This document shows positions 11,620-24,225 of a DNA stretch of 64,000 bases, in pieces (the stretch's first letter is position 1; every line of letters starts with the position of its first letter). Made by a program: the position numbers and the translations under genes. Location: contig JAMWBK010000013.1 in assembly GCA_029953675.1 (NCBI GenBank), positions 186,001 to 250,000 of the forward strand. Reading direction: 5' to 3'. This DNA is from Rhodosorus marinus CCMP1338 (lineage: Eukaryota; Plantae; Rhodophyta). The notes under the pieces are model-generated. The model saw only the letters and a list, made by a program, of their open reading frames with translations, did no database searches and was not told the origin of the DNA.

Positions 11620-12464
11620 GCCCTTGAAAGGTTTGCAATGTTCCAAGTGATCTTCATCTGGTCGTCAAAGTTTGGATATCCCTCGCACATCAGAGGATGT
11701 CCCTGGCCGTTTCTCCAGAACTGTTTGAGAAGGCCTAGGACATCTGTCGCGTGGTCGTACTTGACAATGGCTTCAGGTGCGAAGGTATTGTTCTTGGTAG
11801 GGCCGGTCTTTCGCCTATTGGAGAAGGGCTCAGTCGCTTGGCTTTTTCTTCACAGAAAAGTTGGACATGTGTGACGACACTGCCAACCACGTGTCGTACT
11901 CTGGATGGACCTCAAGCATCCGCGGAAGTCCCTGACCGTATCTCTAGAACTGTACGATAAGACCTAGGACATCTGTCGAGTAGTCGTGCTTGACTGCGGC
12001 TTCAAAGTCGAAGCAGGACAATCTTCGGCCACGAACAGGATGCCAGGCTAGGTTTCTGAAACTGTGTCGGATATCCGTCATCGACACAATCAAAATTTCG
12101 TCATGCTTCAGAATCCGATGAACAAATCTCTACAACCCCGCTCAAACTGTGTCATCGAACCATTCTTCCTGACCAAGACGGGTATACCCACCGCATGCTG
12201 CACTCCAGACAGGCTCTCGGGCTTCTCGACCTCCTCGATGCTTTGCTCACGGCCTTGCTAGCGCCGGGAGGCCTGGTTGCGAGGCCTTTTGGGGCCCAAA
12301 TATTTCCAAACCAGCGGCTTATCGTCAGCAGGAACTGAAAGTATACGAGGAGCACAATCCAGGATGCCGATCATGTCCCGATACTGCAACAACACCTTCA
12401 GGTGCCACCGGAGGTTGGCAAACAGTCCAATAAAAAACCCTCCGAAAGCCTCCACAGAAGTCAT
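11620..12464 (-). pseudogene. Rearranged pseudogene copy of the GT2 glycosyltransferase
   Basis: High nucleotide similarity to 7600-8460. It has an internal deletion of roughly 425 nt that removes the DADC region, frameshifts, a TGG>TAG change in QFWRY (about 11944-11946), and an extra, more diverged copy of the C-terminal segment (about 11620-11813: FAPEAIVKYDHATDVLGLLKQFWRNGQGH). The N-terminal exon homolog is MTSVEAFGGFFIGLFANLRW. Confidence 0.9.
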
Positions 12465-13299
12465 CTTGGAATTGCCTCACGAAAACGGTCTCCACCCCTT
12501 GTCTAGTACCAAACAAAAGAGGGAGACACACTCAAGCTAGTCCACACGTTGATTTCGTATAACTCCAAGCCCCCGCTGATCTGTGTCCCTCCGATTCTTT
12601 TTCTGGTTACTGACGGTGGAGCAAACGCAGATCGTACGAGGCGAAAAACTAGTTAGCAACTGAATCAAAAAATTTCTTCTGAACATCGCGGCCATCGTCA
12701 TAGATTTTAGTTGGGACACGGAACGGAATGGGACGGGTTATCTAAAATTTGGAGTTAGCATCAGTGCTCAAGAGTTGTTTGCATTGGTAGATCAAGCAGG
12801 GTTTTGCAATGTTTCTTTGAAGCCCGTGCTTCCTTGTTTAGCATCGTACTCTCCTCATGGGGGTTGATCGTAGGCTTTTGGGCTCGGGTTACTTGGTCTG
12901 ATCTGATCAGAAACCGGGAGTTGTTTCTTTGGCCTTTTCTACAGTTTGCATTTCACTCCACTAGTGCCTTCCATGTCACCATGATCGTGTTTATGGGCTC
13001 ACCTAGTCTCAAAACAATGCATCAAGCAAGGAGCGAAAGCTTAGTTGGGATACCGAATTGGAATTTAGCAACTTGGCGGCAGCGTCAATACGAATACGTT
13101 CGCATCGGTCGAGCAAAGGCTGCAAAGTTTCGTTCAATTCCGTGCTTCCTTGTTTAGTTTCGCAGTCTCCCAGGCGGTTGGAGGTTGAATGTAAGTTACG
13201 CGGCACCTCGTGACTCTTGATTCAGCTTGATCTCATCTGATTCTACGACGGCACGTTGCTTCTTTTGTTTTACCTTTCTTGCTGAAGTGCCATACAATC

Positions 13300-13560
13300 G
13301 TGCTGTTTTATACATCAGGCCTCAAAAGTAAAACGAAATTTTCACTGGACCAAAAAAGGAACGTAGCATCCGTAGCCAACGGGGGCCGCGTTAACCGCGA
13401 AAAACGAAGGTGCACCGACCGAGTTGTATAAAGTAACAGTGCCAGAAGGTATGTCTCTTGCCTCCGTAAGCTTGAAGGCTGCCATTTCTATCAGTTCATT
13501 TAACTCAGACCTCTTCGCTTCTGCAAATTTATCGTCAACATGAATGCTGCCAAGAACTTC
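13300..13560 (-). mobile_element. Ty1/Copia reverse-transcriptase N-terminal relic
   Basis: DDKFAEAKRSELNELIEMAAFKLTEARDIPSGTVTL matches the F-x-x-AK-x-x-EL-x-x-L...F...IP-x-G start of Copia RT, followed by a frameshift. Confidence 0.55.
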
Positions 13561-13949
13561 GGGTGTTGGACTAGCGGGGTAGTGGGTAGCGTTTTATATC
13601 CGCATCTGACAGTTCTTCCGTTGATGAAAACATCTGCGTTGGATCAAATCACAACAACAAAGCACCATTCGAACGCTGGAGAGTCAGGGACAACTCCGTG
13701 AGGAGGCTGTCAGGACGGCCGGGGCATGGCGAAAAACGCGACGAAGCCAGCGAGAAGCAACACTGTCTAAAAACCCAAAGCACTCGACGACAAGCAGTAC
13801 AAACCGATGAGACAGCGCCGAGTCGCGGAAAGGTTGGATGAGTCACCGCTTTCTACAGAGACTCCTCCTGTCGCCCCACCCGTTTGGACGCACAGTCAAT
13901 TTCCACAAGAGGAAGATTGAGTTTCAATCATTATTTTTCTTTGATTGGA

Positions 13950-14125
13950 AAAATCGGATACGAATCGTAAATTATTGGACGGATATCGGACAAATTACGT
14001 GTTTTTGCTTCTACATTCCCGTCCGATAAACATGTATTGGACGCGAGATAGAGGGTGATTTATCTAATTATTACGTAATTGCATGTCCGATAAACTTTTA
14101 TCCGACGGATAGTGACAACCCCGGT
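13950..14125. mobile_element. Possible solo DNA-transposon end (hAT-like subterminal repeats)
   Basis: Clustered short motifs (tcggata, acggata, tccgataaa) in both orientations, ending in gtgacaaccccgg. No partner end was found. Confidence 0.25.
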
Positions 14126-14982
14126 TTTAGACTCCAACGATAAGACGGGTCCGCGGGGTGAATGGGGCATCGATGAAGATAAAAATTGAAGAATTTACTT
14201 TGATTTCGTTGCACAGCTTAAACGTGGAATGCCCCCCAAAATTTATTATATATATTCATGAAAAAATGTCGCCTGTGAGATCCTGCTTTGAAAAACCAAA
14301 ATATATTGAAGCGCGCTCGTATAATAAGAATACATTAAATAGCTAATTTATATATGAATTATTGAACTGAAATTCATCATAGAGACGTTGAGTGCTTTCT
14401 TGAGAAGTGGCAGCTTATGGAGGCAAGAATTGGGGCATCAAAATCTTTCACCGGACCGTTGAAAATGGGCGATAAGGCTTTGCCCAATGAAGGTCATGCC
14501 TCATGGACCAATATGGAACGCCATCACCATCTTTTCAAACCACGAAAAAGAAACACCGAGGAAGAGGCGGTACTAATTCGTACTATAATACTAACACGTA
14601 GCTGATAGGTTGAGATTTTGTAACTGATAGTTTTGGAGGGGCGGGGGAGGGGGGGGGTTACGTTAGGGGGGAGGGGAGAGAAAAATTGAAAATGAATTGG
14701 TTCTAATCGGAGGCTGAAAGAAAAAAAACCCCGAGAAGAAAAAACCAAACTAAGCGTGGCGAAGATCGCGCGCCTCCAACATCAAAGCAGAGTTCATACG
14801 CCCCACAGCAAGAAACTTAAACGGATAAACGACGAGGGGACAGACGGTTAATAGGGCGTTCGCGGAACAACTCCCCGGAGCCAACGAGAACTGCAAAGCG
14901 GAATCCATAAACTCAAAAGCACTCAATTAGGGTTTTTCGTTTCCGGATGAATAAAATTTTTCTTTGGATTTGTGCTGGTTTG

Positions 14983-15013
14983 TGATGGTGATGGTGATGG
15001 TGATGGTGATGGT
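14983..15013. repeat. (GATGGT)n microsatellite upstream of the patatin gene
   Basis: gatggtgatggtgatggtgatggtgatggt is read directly. Confidence 0.9.
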
Positions 15014-15403
15014 CCCGGAGATGGAGAGATGGAGTGGAAGTTCAAACACTGGTTAAAGAGGGGGAACGAGGGTGGGTTGGGTTGTTGGTGCTTGTTGATG
15101 TCAGGTTAAAAAGTGGAATTTTACTGTGTGTTTGGTTTTTCTTTTTGGTGTTTTTTTGGGGGAGGGTAAGGAGGGGTGCGGGTGTGGGGAGGAAAGGGTG
15201 TAGAGTTTGTGATGTGAGAATGGAGAGGCTGATATAAGAAGGGGTTTGGGTGCAGTTTTTTAATAGTTGTTTGTTTGTGGAGGTGCTGTGTGTGTGTGTG
15301 TGTGCGTGTGTGTATGTGTGTTGGGAATGGGAGAGTTGAATTGAGGGAAGGGGGGAGGGGAGAGAGGCTTGAGTGGCTTTTTTTTTGGGGGGGGGGTTGT
15401 TCG

Positions 15404-17980
15404 ATGAATGGGTTTATAGACGGTTTGGGAGGTGGTTTTGGAGGAAGGAAACGTGATCGGTTGGTTGAAGATCGTCTGCCACGGCGCTTGATTGTAGTTT
15501 CAGAGACTGGTTCTCCCCCTGAGGGGTAGGTTGGGTGCTTGTGTTTGTTTGGTGGTGTTGGGGTTTGGAGTGATCTGAAGGTCTCGATTCGTTTCTTGAT
15601 AGGGGTCGCGGCAATCCTTTGTCGTCTCTGCTGAGGACCGCCGGGGATGTTTTCAAGAAGCTTGGAGCGCAGGATGATGATTCCAAGAGCAGCGTTGTCC
15701 GAATGGCCGCGGCGATATCAACCGATACAGTCTCCGCTGCGTCAGCATTCGCGGCAGCGTCTACCATAGCCTCACACACGCGCTCATTTACAAAATCAGC
15801 GTCTCTCACCGACGAGGAAGAAGCACAACTGCTCGAAGAGCTCCTGCTAGCCAAGGAGGTTCGAACTCCAGAGGCTCTGGAGAGCTTTTTCCCCAAGTAC
15901 GACCTCGCGAGGATCGTCAAAGCAGCTCGAGTATTGGATGGAAGAGGCCGCGCGTCTGCCCTTACCACCCTCGCCAACTTCGCAGTTTTGAAGCCAGATT
16001 ATCGAAGGAATATTCTACTAGCTGATCACGGTTCAATCACCGAATCGATCTCGAGAATCCTTGTTGGTATAGAAGCAGCTTGGTAAGCCCCCCAAAGCCT
16101 CATTAGCTGCTGAGCCAAGCTAGGTGAACACAACTAAGACGAGATGAGTCCTTTGGTGTTCAGGAGCGGAGGGGCTTACCTCCCGGCTTGCGAGATCGAA
16201 GGCATAGTTTCAGGTACTCACCTTCTTGGAAGCTTGGCCATCACCCGAGGCGAAGTTGGTACAGAATGGCGGAGAAGACTAGCACAGAACAAGGAGGTGA
16301 GGAGGGTGATTAGAAAGTTCGCGAATGGTCAGAACGAGAGCGCAGCGAGGGCGGCTCGGAGAGCTCTGGCAACGCTCGGTAAGGAAGATACCCGAACAAA
16401 GCAGCCCCTCCACTATTGTCTTTAGGAAGCCAACATGGTGGTTTACGCCCGTTTTGCTCAGGAGTCAACGAATGGAAACCAAAAGTTGCTGGACAGACTG
16501 GCCTGCGAATCCTGTCAATTGACGGAGGTGGAACACGAGCTTTGCTAACGTTTGAGATGCTGAAGCACATCAAGAAGCTGATGGGAAAGGACATTCATGA
16601 GATGTAAGAGCTCCTCAAATCCTCCCTCAAAAACGTGAGACAACGGACCTCGATGTGAGCAAGATTTTGCTCATCGTTTTTGCAACGTTGGGCTGGTTAG
16701 GTTTGATGTTATATGTGGAACTAGCACTGGAGCCATCATAGCAGCGTCGATTGGGATTCGACGCAAGTCCGTGAGTTTGGATCGTTCTATTCGGAACACG
16801 AAGTTTTCCACGTTGCTGAACCCCTTAGCCTTGGATTTGTCTTCACCGGTGATTAGGTTGAAGAGTGCGAAAAGCTGTACCGTGAGCTGATAGGCAAAGT
16901 GTTCTGCAAAGGACCGGTAAGTTCTAGCACTTGGTTTGTCGGTATAGAGAAAAATTGTGGTGGGGCTTAACGATTGTCGTGGTTGTGCGTTGGGTACAGA
17001 TGGCTACGCCGAAGATGGTTTTGACCAGGGCGTACTATGACTCTAAGATCCTTGAATCTGTGCTGCAGCGTGAGTGCGGGAAAGGGGTATTCATTGACTC
17101 TACCGCTGAGGAGGGTATGCCGAAAGTTTGCGTTGTGAGCTCCAAACTGGGAACATCGGATGTGACCTGCCACACTTTCAGAAACTACACGTACCCTGTG
17201 GGCAGCGAGAGCAGGTTCGCGGGAACGCCCGACGCTCAGTTGTGGGAGGCGCTTCGAGCGTCAAGTGCTGCCCCTACCTTCTTCACCGAAAAGCTTTTGA
17301 ACGGGACGCTGCACGCTGACGGAGCCATCGTCGCGAACAATCCAACGGCCGTTGCCATTCACGAGGCGCAGAGCATCTTCCCTGGGATACCCATCGAGCT
17401 TGTGGTAGGTTGTATCCCCACCGCCCGTGTCCATAGTCAATCCAACTGAACCCCCACACTGTGTCTCGTCGTCAAGGTGTCAATGGGTAACGGTCTTGCC
17501 GAGCCCAAGTTTGTTGACCTGTGGAAAGAAGGAAGTAAGGATAAACAGCTGGGCTGGTATGACATCCTTGATTCGTACATCTATGCCGCAGTACAAACCG
17601 AGGACGTAAGCATTTTCAAGACCACCAAAACACGCGGCTCTTACTCGTTTGCAGCAGAGGACTCAAATCGCATGTTGCAGGTTCACCACATGCTTGTTGA
17701 GCTGTTACCGCCGGAGAAGTACTTTCGCTTCAACCCGAAGACGAGGTGCGCGGGTATCGACGAGGTACGGCCGGAGAAGCTCGTGGAAATGGTCGACGAC
17801 GCGAATCGTTACATCGAAGCCTCAGGCGAGCGGTTCCGCAGACTCTCGGAGATTCTGAAACCTCGCGGGACGCGGCATTTCTGGAACCAAATCTCCTACT
17901 CGATCGGGATGGAAGTTCGCTACGTCCAAAATTTGTTTGATCCGGTGTTCCGTGAAGAGGAGGTGGCCACCGAGTCTTGA
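15404..17980 (+). CDS. PNPLA8: Patatin-like phospholipase (iPLA2-gamma/PNPLA8-like) with a helical N-terminal region; multi-exon
   Basis: Spliced motifs LRILSIDGGGTR, FDVICGTSTG (GxSxG), LWEALRASSAAP, HADGAIVANNP (DGA) and YFRFNP. The upstream AARAARRALATLG is typical of iPLA2-gamma. The start codon is approximate. Confidence 0.93.
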
Positions 17981-18773
17981 TGCCCAACCCCCGCGTGGGT
18001 TTGACGAGGATCTCAACCTACGCTGTTGATGATAGCTCATTAGTGTATATGTACTTATCAAAACCAAAAGAACTAACAAAACGTCGTTTAAAAGGAGCGC
18101 GATTGAACTGGCCGTCTACTTCTGTCTAAAGCTTTTTGCGTCCAAAAGTCCACAATTACCGAGTACTTGCTCTGCAGGACATGAACGCATACAAGCTGTA
18201 ACGAAAAACCCAGCGAGAGATCCCAAATAATTGTTATTTAATTTTTAGTTCCCAATTCTTGTAATTCCTATACCCGTTAAGGAAAGCTATAAACAGAACG
18301 TCATCTTAGATAGCTTGCTAGTCAAAATCCCCAAACAACCTCGACGCGAAAGGCGTCCTCTCGGCATTTATGCTGAGAGGCTGCTACTCTCTCGACGGGA
18401 TTCAAGCAATGCAAAAACAACTGCCTCCAAAAGTAAGAGAGCACGCGGACCACCCTATATATTGACAGGGAGTCACTGACTACAGACGGAGTACAACCAA
18501 CCTACAGCTTGACTATTTATTCGCTGCGGGATCAGTCCCACCCCATGAGTCCGCTCCAGTGACTCCTTATAAAAACCACTATGGACGTGTCTGTATTTTC
18601 CCCTTTACGTCCTTCTTCAGTTTCCCCCTCCCTAGAGAACGTGCTCGGTCCCTCCCCTTCCCCCGGGGTATTCTACAATGTACAAAACTCGAGCTGGATG
18701 TTCTTGCAACCGCCTTGAATAAACAAAGGTGGTCACACTATGTACAAATCCCCCCTCCCCTTCTCACATTTGA

Positions 18774-19022
18774 TCATAATCCTTCGTTGCCAATAGTGTG
18801 TTGACTCCGAATCAAGTTGCGCCTGTTCACGATCGCTTCCTCTCTAGCCAAGCGCCGCTTCAAAATCCACATCTGCTCCAAGCACAACTTGGCCTCCTCG
18901 AGCTTGGCCTCAAGTTCAATCACTCTCCGCATCTCGATCGCCAGCCTCTCATTCTTCACCGACTTGGAAATCTTCCTCTTCCTCTTCACAATCCACTTCT
19001 CCCTAACCGGCAACGACACCAT
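18774..19022 (-). CDS. Small basic coiled-coil hypothetical protein (82 aa)
   Basis: ATG 19022, MVSLPVREKWIVKRKRKISK...IELEAKLEEAKLCLEQMWILKRRLAREE. It is preceded by the same kind of GT/GA-rich leader as neighbouring genes. No family recognised. Confidence 0.45.
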   Translation of the reverse strand: MVSLPVREKWIVKRKRKISKSVKNERLAIEMRRVIELEAKLEEAKLCLEQMWILKRRLAREEAIVNRRNLIRSQHTIGNEGL

Positions 19023-22000
19023 CTTCCCACAAGAAACAGAAAACGCGCGGTCCCCTCCCTCCCTCCCCCTCCAAAACAAAAATCCACACACAAACCACCA
19101 AAAAAAAAGACAAACCCCTCTCAACTACCAACACCTCAACACCATCACAAACAAACACACATCCAAAATCTAGCCAACCGCAAACAAACTAACAACTTCA
19201 ATTCACATCTACCTTACATACACATCTCCATCCCCACCCTAATCTCCCCTCCCGACCTTCCCCATCCCCCTCCCCCCAACCATCCCGGATTGTTAAATGA
19301 CCATCTCCACCATCATCTTAAATACTCTCTTTCCCCCAAAAATTTCGCTGACAAACTGAAAACGATTTTTCCACCCCCTGTACCAAAAGTCCACAACCCA
19401 TTTAAAAGAGATTCTTCCCACCCCTTTAAAGCGAACCCACCAGTCCAATATTCACAATTAATATTACTAAAAAACCATATCTATGAATCAATACGTTGAT
19501 TTTCAAGCTGTGGCCTTGCAGGGGGTGATGAAATAGCTGAGCTTTCCATTCGTGGTATTTTAGTTTTGTCTATACGGTATTTTCAATCTAGTCATATATT
19601 TGATATAAAAGTTTGAAATAAAAGGTTTTTAGGTAACGATTTTATCGTATATACTATTCAACTGATAGCAACGATTGAGTTTTTTTGTTTTTTTTGCGAG
19701 GTGTTTTGTGGTTTAAGACTATCCCCCCCTCTTATTCTTTTGTTTTGGAATGGGTTTTCAGACGTTAAAAATCGCTGCCGACATTTGGATAATATAAAAT
19801 ATTTTTGTACTTTTAGCGCATATCTTGAAGGTACCTCGAGGAGCTCCAGCCCTGCGGATCTTTTTCTTTTAAACATTTTGCAGAGGGGGGTTTACAGTTT
19901 TGTCATCTGTTAACTAGCAGATGGTGGTTTTTGGTCCTACGATAGGATTTGGAAGAAATAGATAGGGTTTTTTTTGTAGCCAGCACCCCCAAAAGGACCC
20001 CCCAAATATATATATATATATATATATATTGAAAACACGGGAGAGCAACCAGTGTAGAAATTTTTATTCTTTTGAAAATAAATTGAAAGATCTTTTGAAA
20101 TGTTGATATTGAATGCATATCAATTGGATGGATGGGGAGAATCTCTTTTTTCCTTCCCCCCCTACCTCATTAAAAGGGAGGGGGACGAGGATACGAGAAA
20201 TCTCGAATTAAAATACTTTTATAGCTTATTTAACCAACCAACGTCGTTTTGGAGGGGGTTGAGATTCTTTGGTCCCAGTGCGGTGTCCCGATTCAGCGCT
20301 GTTCTTTATTTTGATTGAATTTCTAGTTTTGAGTTAGAGTAGCAGTGATAGCTAGATGTATCCAGTCAAATCTCATTTTATGAAGTATTTGGAGCATCAT
20401 GCGTATGATTTGAGCTAATCTAGGACAATATTCTCCCCAACTCTGGATCGAGATACTTGCAATCTTATGACTTGAAGATATGTATTTAAACGATATTTTC
20501 TGTAAGGTGCTTCTTTTCATATTTTTTGATTGGATGTTAATCGTTTGGCTTTGAACTGCACCTATCAAAATTGAGAATATCTTCTCAATCGATTGGGGAC
20601 ACCCTCTCCTAATAATGCAATTCTGTCTTTTCCAACCGGCTGCACGTACGACGCCCTGGTTCTCAAGATCGCGATTTATGCTTAAATAAAGGCCATTTTC
20701 AAAATCTTCCCGCCTTTATACCTCTTCCCTGACTGGCTACTTGAAACTGACTGGATAATAATACCATCAAAAAAAATCATTAGTACTCTGGAAATTCTTA
20801 TGGTTCAATGATAAGAAAGGTCCTGAATGGCGGGAAAACCGAAGCACCTTTTTTTTTTTTTCTTGAAAAGCCGGGGCGGGTTAATGTTGGGGAGTGCCGC
20901 AATAGTCATATGAGTTATTGTCCTAGTAGTTCAGAACGTTGGAATGATTGATTGTGAGCGATAGATCACGGTCTCGTGCATCTCCAAGGGTAGATTCTGG
21001 ACTTTTTTGGTTGGGGTGGGGGAGGTTTAGGTAGTCTCTGTTTTTACGTAGGCACAAGGCTCTTTGGGTTCCAAGATACGGATGGCATTGTACACCCTTT
21101 TCTTGAGGCAAGCGGAGGGGGTGCCAAGACTCGAGGTCGAGTCGGGTTTGGCAGACTGTGTGGTGTGTTGCCGTTTGAGGTGCTGCTCGGTGAAATTTCG
21201 AAGCAGCTTTTGTCTGCAACCCACTCACAAAAGATACTGTCCTCTCTGCTCCCCGCCTTAGACTCGACCAGGCACCTCTCCGCGAAACTTGCACGTCCTG
21301 TTCACGGATACAGGACGGTACTCATCACCCCCGAACTTCGAATCCAGCTGCTAAACGGTTTTGGAACTGCAGACTCTTTAAGCTTGGGATCTCAAGGTGC
21401 TCTTTGGAACCTCCTTCCTTTCAGCTTGCACCAGGGGGTTCCGGCGCATCTCCCGAGCAGCCGGACGTCCTGCAGGTGCGACCTCCCCCCCTTTCCTGTA
21501 GGCTTCATTCAGCTGACCTTAACCTCCAAGGCTTTCACGCCGTGGATTGTCGTAAGCACACTCCACCAAGTGACTCGTTCTGGTATCGCACGCAAACACT
21601 GCCCATCAAGATTCCTCCCACAACCTGAGAAAGGCTTCCTGTAAGCTCTTAACCTCTTCGAAACTTTTCCCCAAAACAGAAATCCCAATCTCAAGGTCCC
21701 CGTTCCCAAAGCAACATTGGCTACATCCCTCACAACGAAGCTGGCCAACAAAATTTAAGAGAAAAAAAAAGCGTGACGACGTCCTTTTGACAAAGGACCT
21801 ACAGCTTTCTTCAAAATTAATTGGTAGATTAAGATTCCCTTTCCTCTTTTCAACAAAATAATTTATACGTTCAAGTCTGTAAATTCCAAATTATTTCAAA
21901 ACATTAACATAATTATTATTTGGCGAGTTTTTTTCTAGATTTTTATATCAGTCATTTTAGGGTAGAGTGACTGAACTTGTTGGCTACGATTAGTCACCCT

Positions 22001-23139
22001 GAAGTTGTTCGAGGTTTCCTTTTGCGGCAAGCTGGTTTGGGAACTGGTTAGCTATTGGAAAGGAATGGCCGAAGATGCGTGTTAGCAACTGGTGATTATC
22101 AACCGGATTAACAGCGTTGTACAAGTTGACAGGTAGGATCAGATGTTCTGGTTCAGAGTACAGGTGGCTCTGTCGGGTATGAAGAGAAAAGCTTCATGTC
22201 CAGAAAAGGTTGTGCCCGGAGGACTGGCGAAGTTTGCATTTACCGGCCGATCGCTGAAGGACTGGGGTCACGAGTTGAGGTGAATTTTCCTCAATTGGCG
22301 GTAGCCTCTGTGTGCACTCCACTCTGTAGACTTTTTTCACAGTCTGAAGACTTGATAGACCACTAGTCCTTTTGTGTATAAGCCTCGTGAACGGTTAACA
22401 GCGTCCGGGTTGTAGTCCTTGGTGTCAATTCTTCCCCTATTGCGCCTTCCACAAGAGGGGAAGACATCACAAAAGGGACTGACTGGGACGCGATCTGAAG
22501 TGTCTTGCTGCCGGAAGCTGCCGCCCTGAAGTGTTTTGAGGATTTGAGGGTATTCTGCCAAAGCCTCCACTACAGGTGGTCTTGGATGGGCTAACACCCA
22601 TGTTGACCTCACACTGCCATGTCCGCTGCCTAATCTTTACCTGCCGGCCTCGCCGGGTCGCCGTCCCGCTGCCATAAGCTTTAGCCCCAATAATTTGGAA
22701 CGTCAATGCTGGAAGCACTGACAGACTCTAGAGTTGTCCCTGTTTTTAGTTTGCGGGGAAAGTGGTGCGAGAAGAGCACACCAACGGCCGATTCACTCCG
22801 TGCTGTTTGTTCGAGTTCGTCCCTTCCCGTGGCATCAACTCAGCGATTTACGGCTCGCAGAAAAAAAAACCTCCTGGACGTCAATTGGAACCCTGTCAAC
22901 AACCGTCACAAGGTCTAGGGTACATACCCAATCTCTCGCACGCCTTCGGTGTTTCCGTTGAGAAGCAGTGACGGAGGTCTTGTCCTATCTTGTCTAATGA
23001 TGGCCTGTTTGATGGAAGGGCTCAGCTGAGAGTGAGTGTCATGGCTACGCAACGGGAACACCAACGGCGTACGGAGATGGGATATGTCCGACTAAACCGA
23101 CCAGTGACATGGTATATGTATCGACGACCCAGTAGCGGT

Positions 23140-23300
23140 CGTGGACAGGGTTCCATTCACATCATGAAAGTTTCCAGGACAGCTCATAAGGTCGTTTCAG
23201 AGTTTTATTGGCCCTCCCGTGCTGGTATAACAAATTAGGATAATTCCAAGACAAGAAGTAGACAGGTGCGTGCATCAGAGACTATCTACTCTATAATCTC
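23140..23300 (+). mobile_element. Possible Gypsy integrase zinc-binding (H2C2) relic
   Basis: IHIMKVSRTAHKVVSEFYWPS resembles H-x-G-x-x-x-T-x-x-x-V-x-x-x-FYWP. Confidence 0.35.
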
Positions 23301-23844
23301 TGCGTCCTTGTTCTCAGCGGAAGGGTGCACAAACTCTCCTTGCTAACAGCATCTTTCAGCTGGGAAACCCTTTTGTAAGGTGTGATTCTCTACAATAATC
23401 CTTCTCTAGAGAGGCACACAGTCCCGCATTCCAACTCAACAACCAAACCACCACATCTCCCTAAAAATCCAGGCGCAAATTTCGGTCGGACAGGCGGCTC
23501 CGTATCAGGCGTCTGGCTTTCCGGAATTGCGGACGCTCCGGCCGAAAAATTCTGAACTCGACCTGGAATGGAGGTCAACATACGACAGCTGTTAGGATTA
23601 CCGATTCCGGGATTGCGCACTAGAGTTGAAGTGTACTAGTCGTCGTAGTACGAACAGTACTAATTGTGTACAACGCGCTCACCATTGTCCCCCTCGACTG
23701 GACTTCGGCAGCGCAGGCACGACCAAATCTGCACAGAGTTCGCTTGATGGTTGAATCGATGGAACTCCACAGACATTAAGAAATAAGCAGAAAGCTATTT
23801 TGAAAGCTACGGACTGCGACCGTACATTATTGCTACCCTGCAAG

Positions 23845-24225
23845 TCAACCGAAGACCTTCCAGCGGTATGCGTGGATGTGACGATAATCTCGGCACAGGC
23901 GAAGTAAATGAGCCGTAGTCGGGCGGAGACCGGCCACGCAGCGAAGCTCGCAGAGAATACGAAAATGGACCACTACTAGGAAGCGATGTCGATTGAGAAG
24001 CCGGAATTCAAGCTCATTCCGATTGCGATGGAGAGTTTTGGCCGGAATGGACAAATGGCTCGGGAATTTTTGCGAGACAGCTGCAAGCATTTACTACACC
24101 GGAGTGCCGAGCTGAGCGGCGTGTGCGCTCAGATCAACCGGACGCTTTGGCAAGGAAACCCGGAGCTTGCGATAGGATGGAAGCTCTACGTCCTTACGAG
24201 CTCAGATTTGTATCTGAGCTCGTAA
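23845..24225 (+). mobile_element. Degenerate CRE-like non-LTR retrotransposon endonuclease (RLE) region
   Basis: AVCVDVTIISAQAK*...AAKLAENTKMDHY*EAMSIEKPEFKLIPIAMESFGRNGQMAREFL contains the DVT...AE..K..Y and P-x-A-x-E-x-x-G motifs, with in-frame stops. Confidence 0.7.

Noticed and set aside
18798-19499. 233-aa His/Pro-rich ORF and similar low-complexity ORFs (5182-5538, 27383-27835)
   Set aside because: These are translations of CT/CA-rich promoter tracts that lack stops for compositional reasons.
21000-21750. ORFs 21165-21644 (+) and 21509-21751 (-)
   Set aside because: No recognisable domain or consistent exon chain in any frame. It may be an unannotated or decayed gene but cannot be supported.
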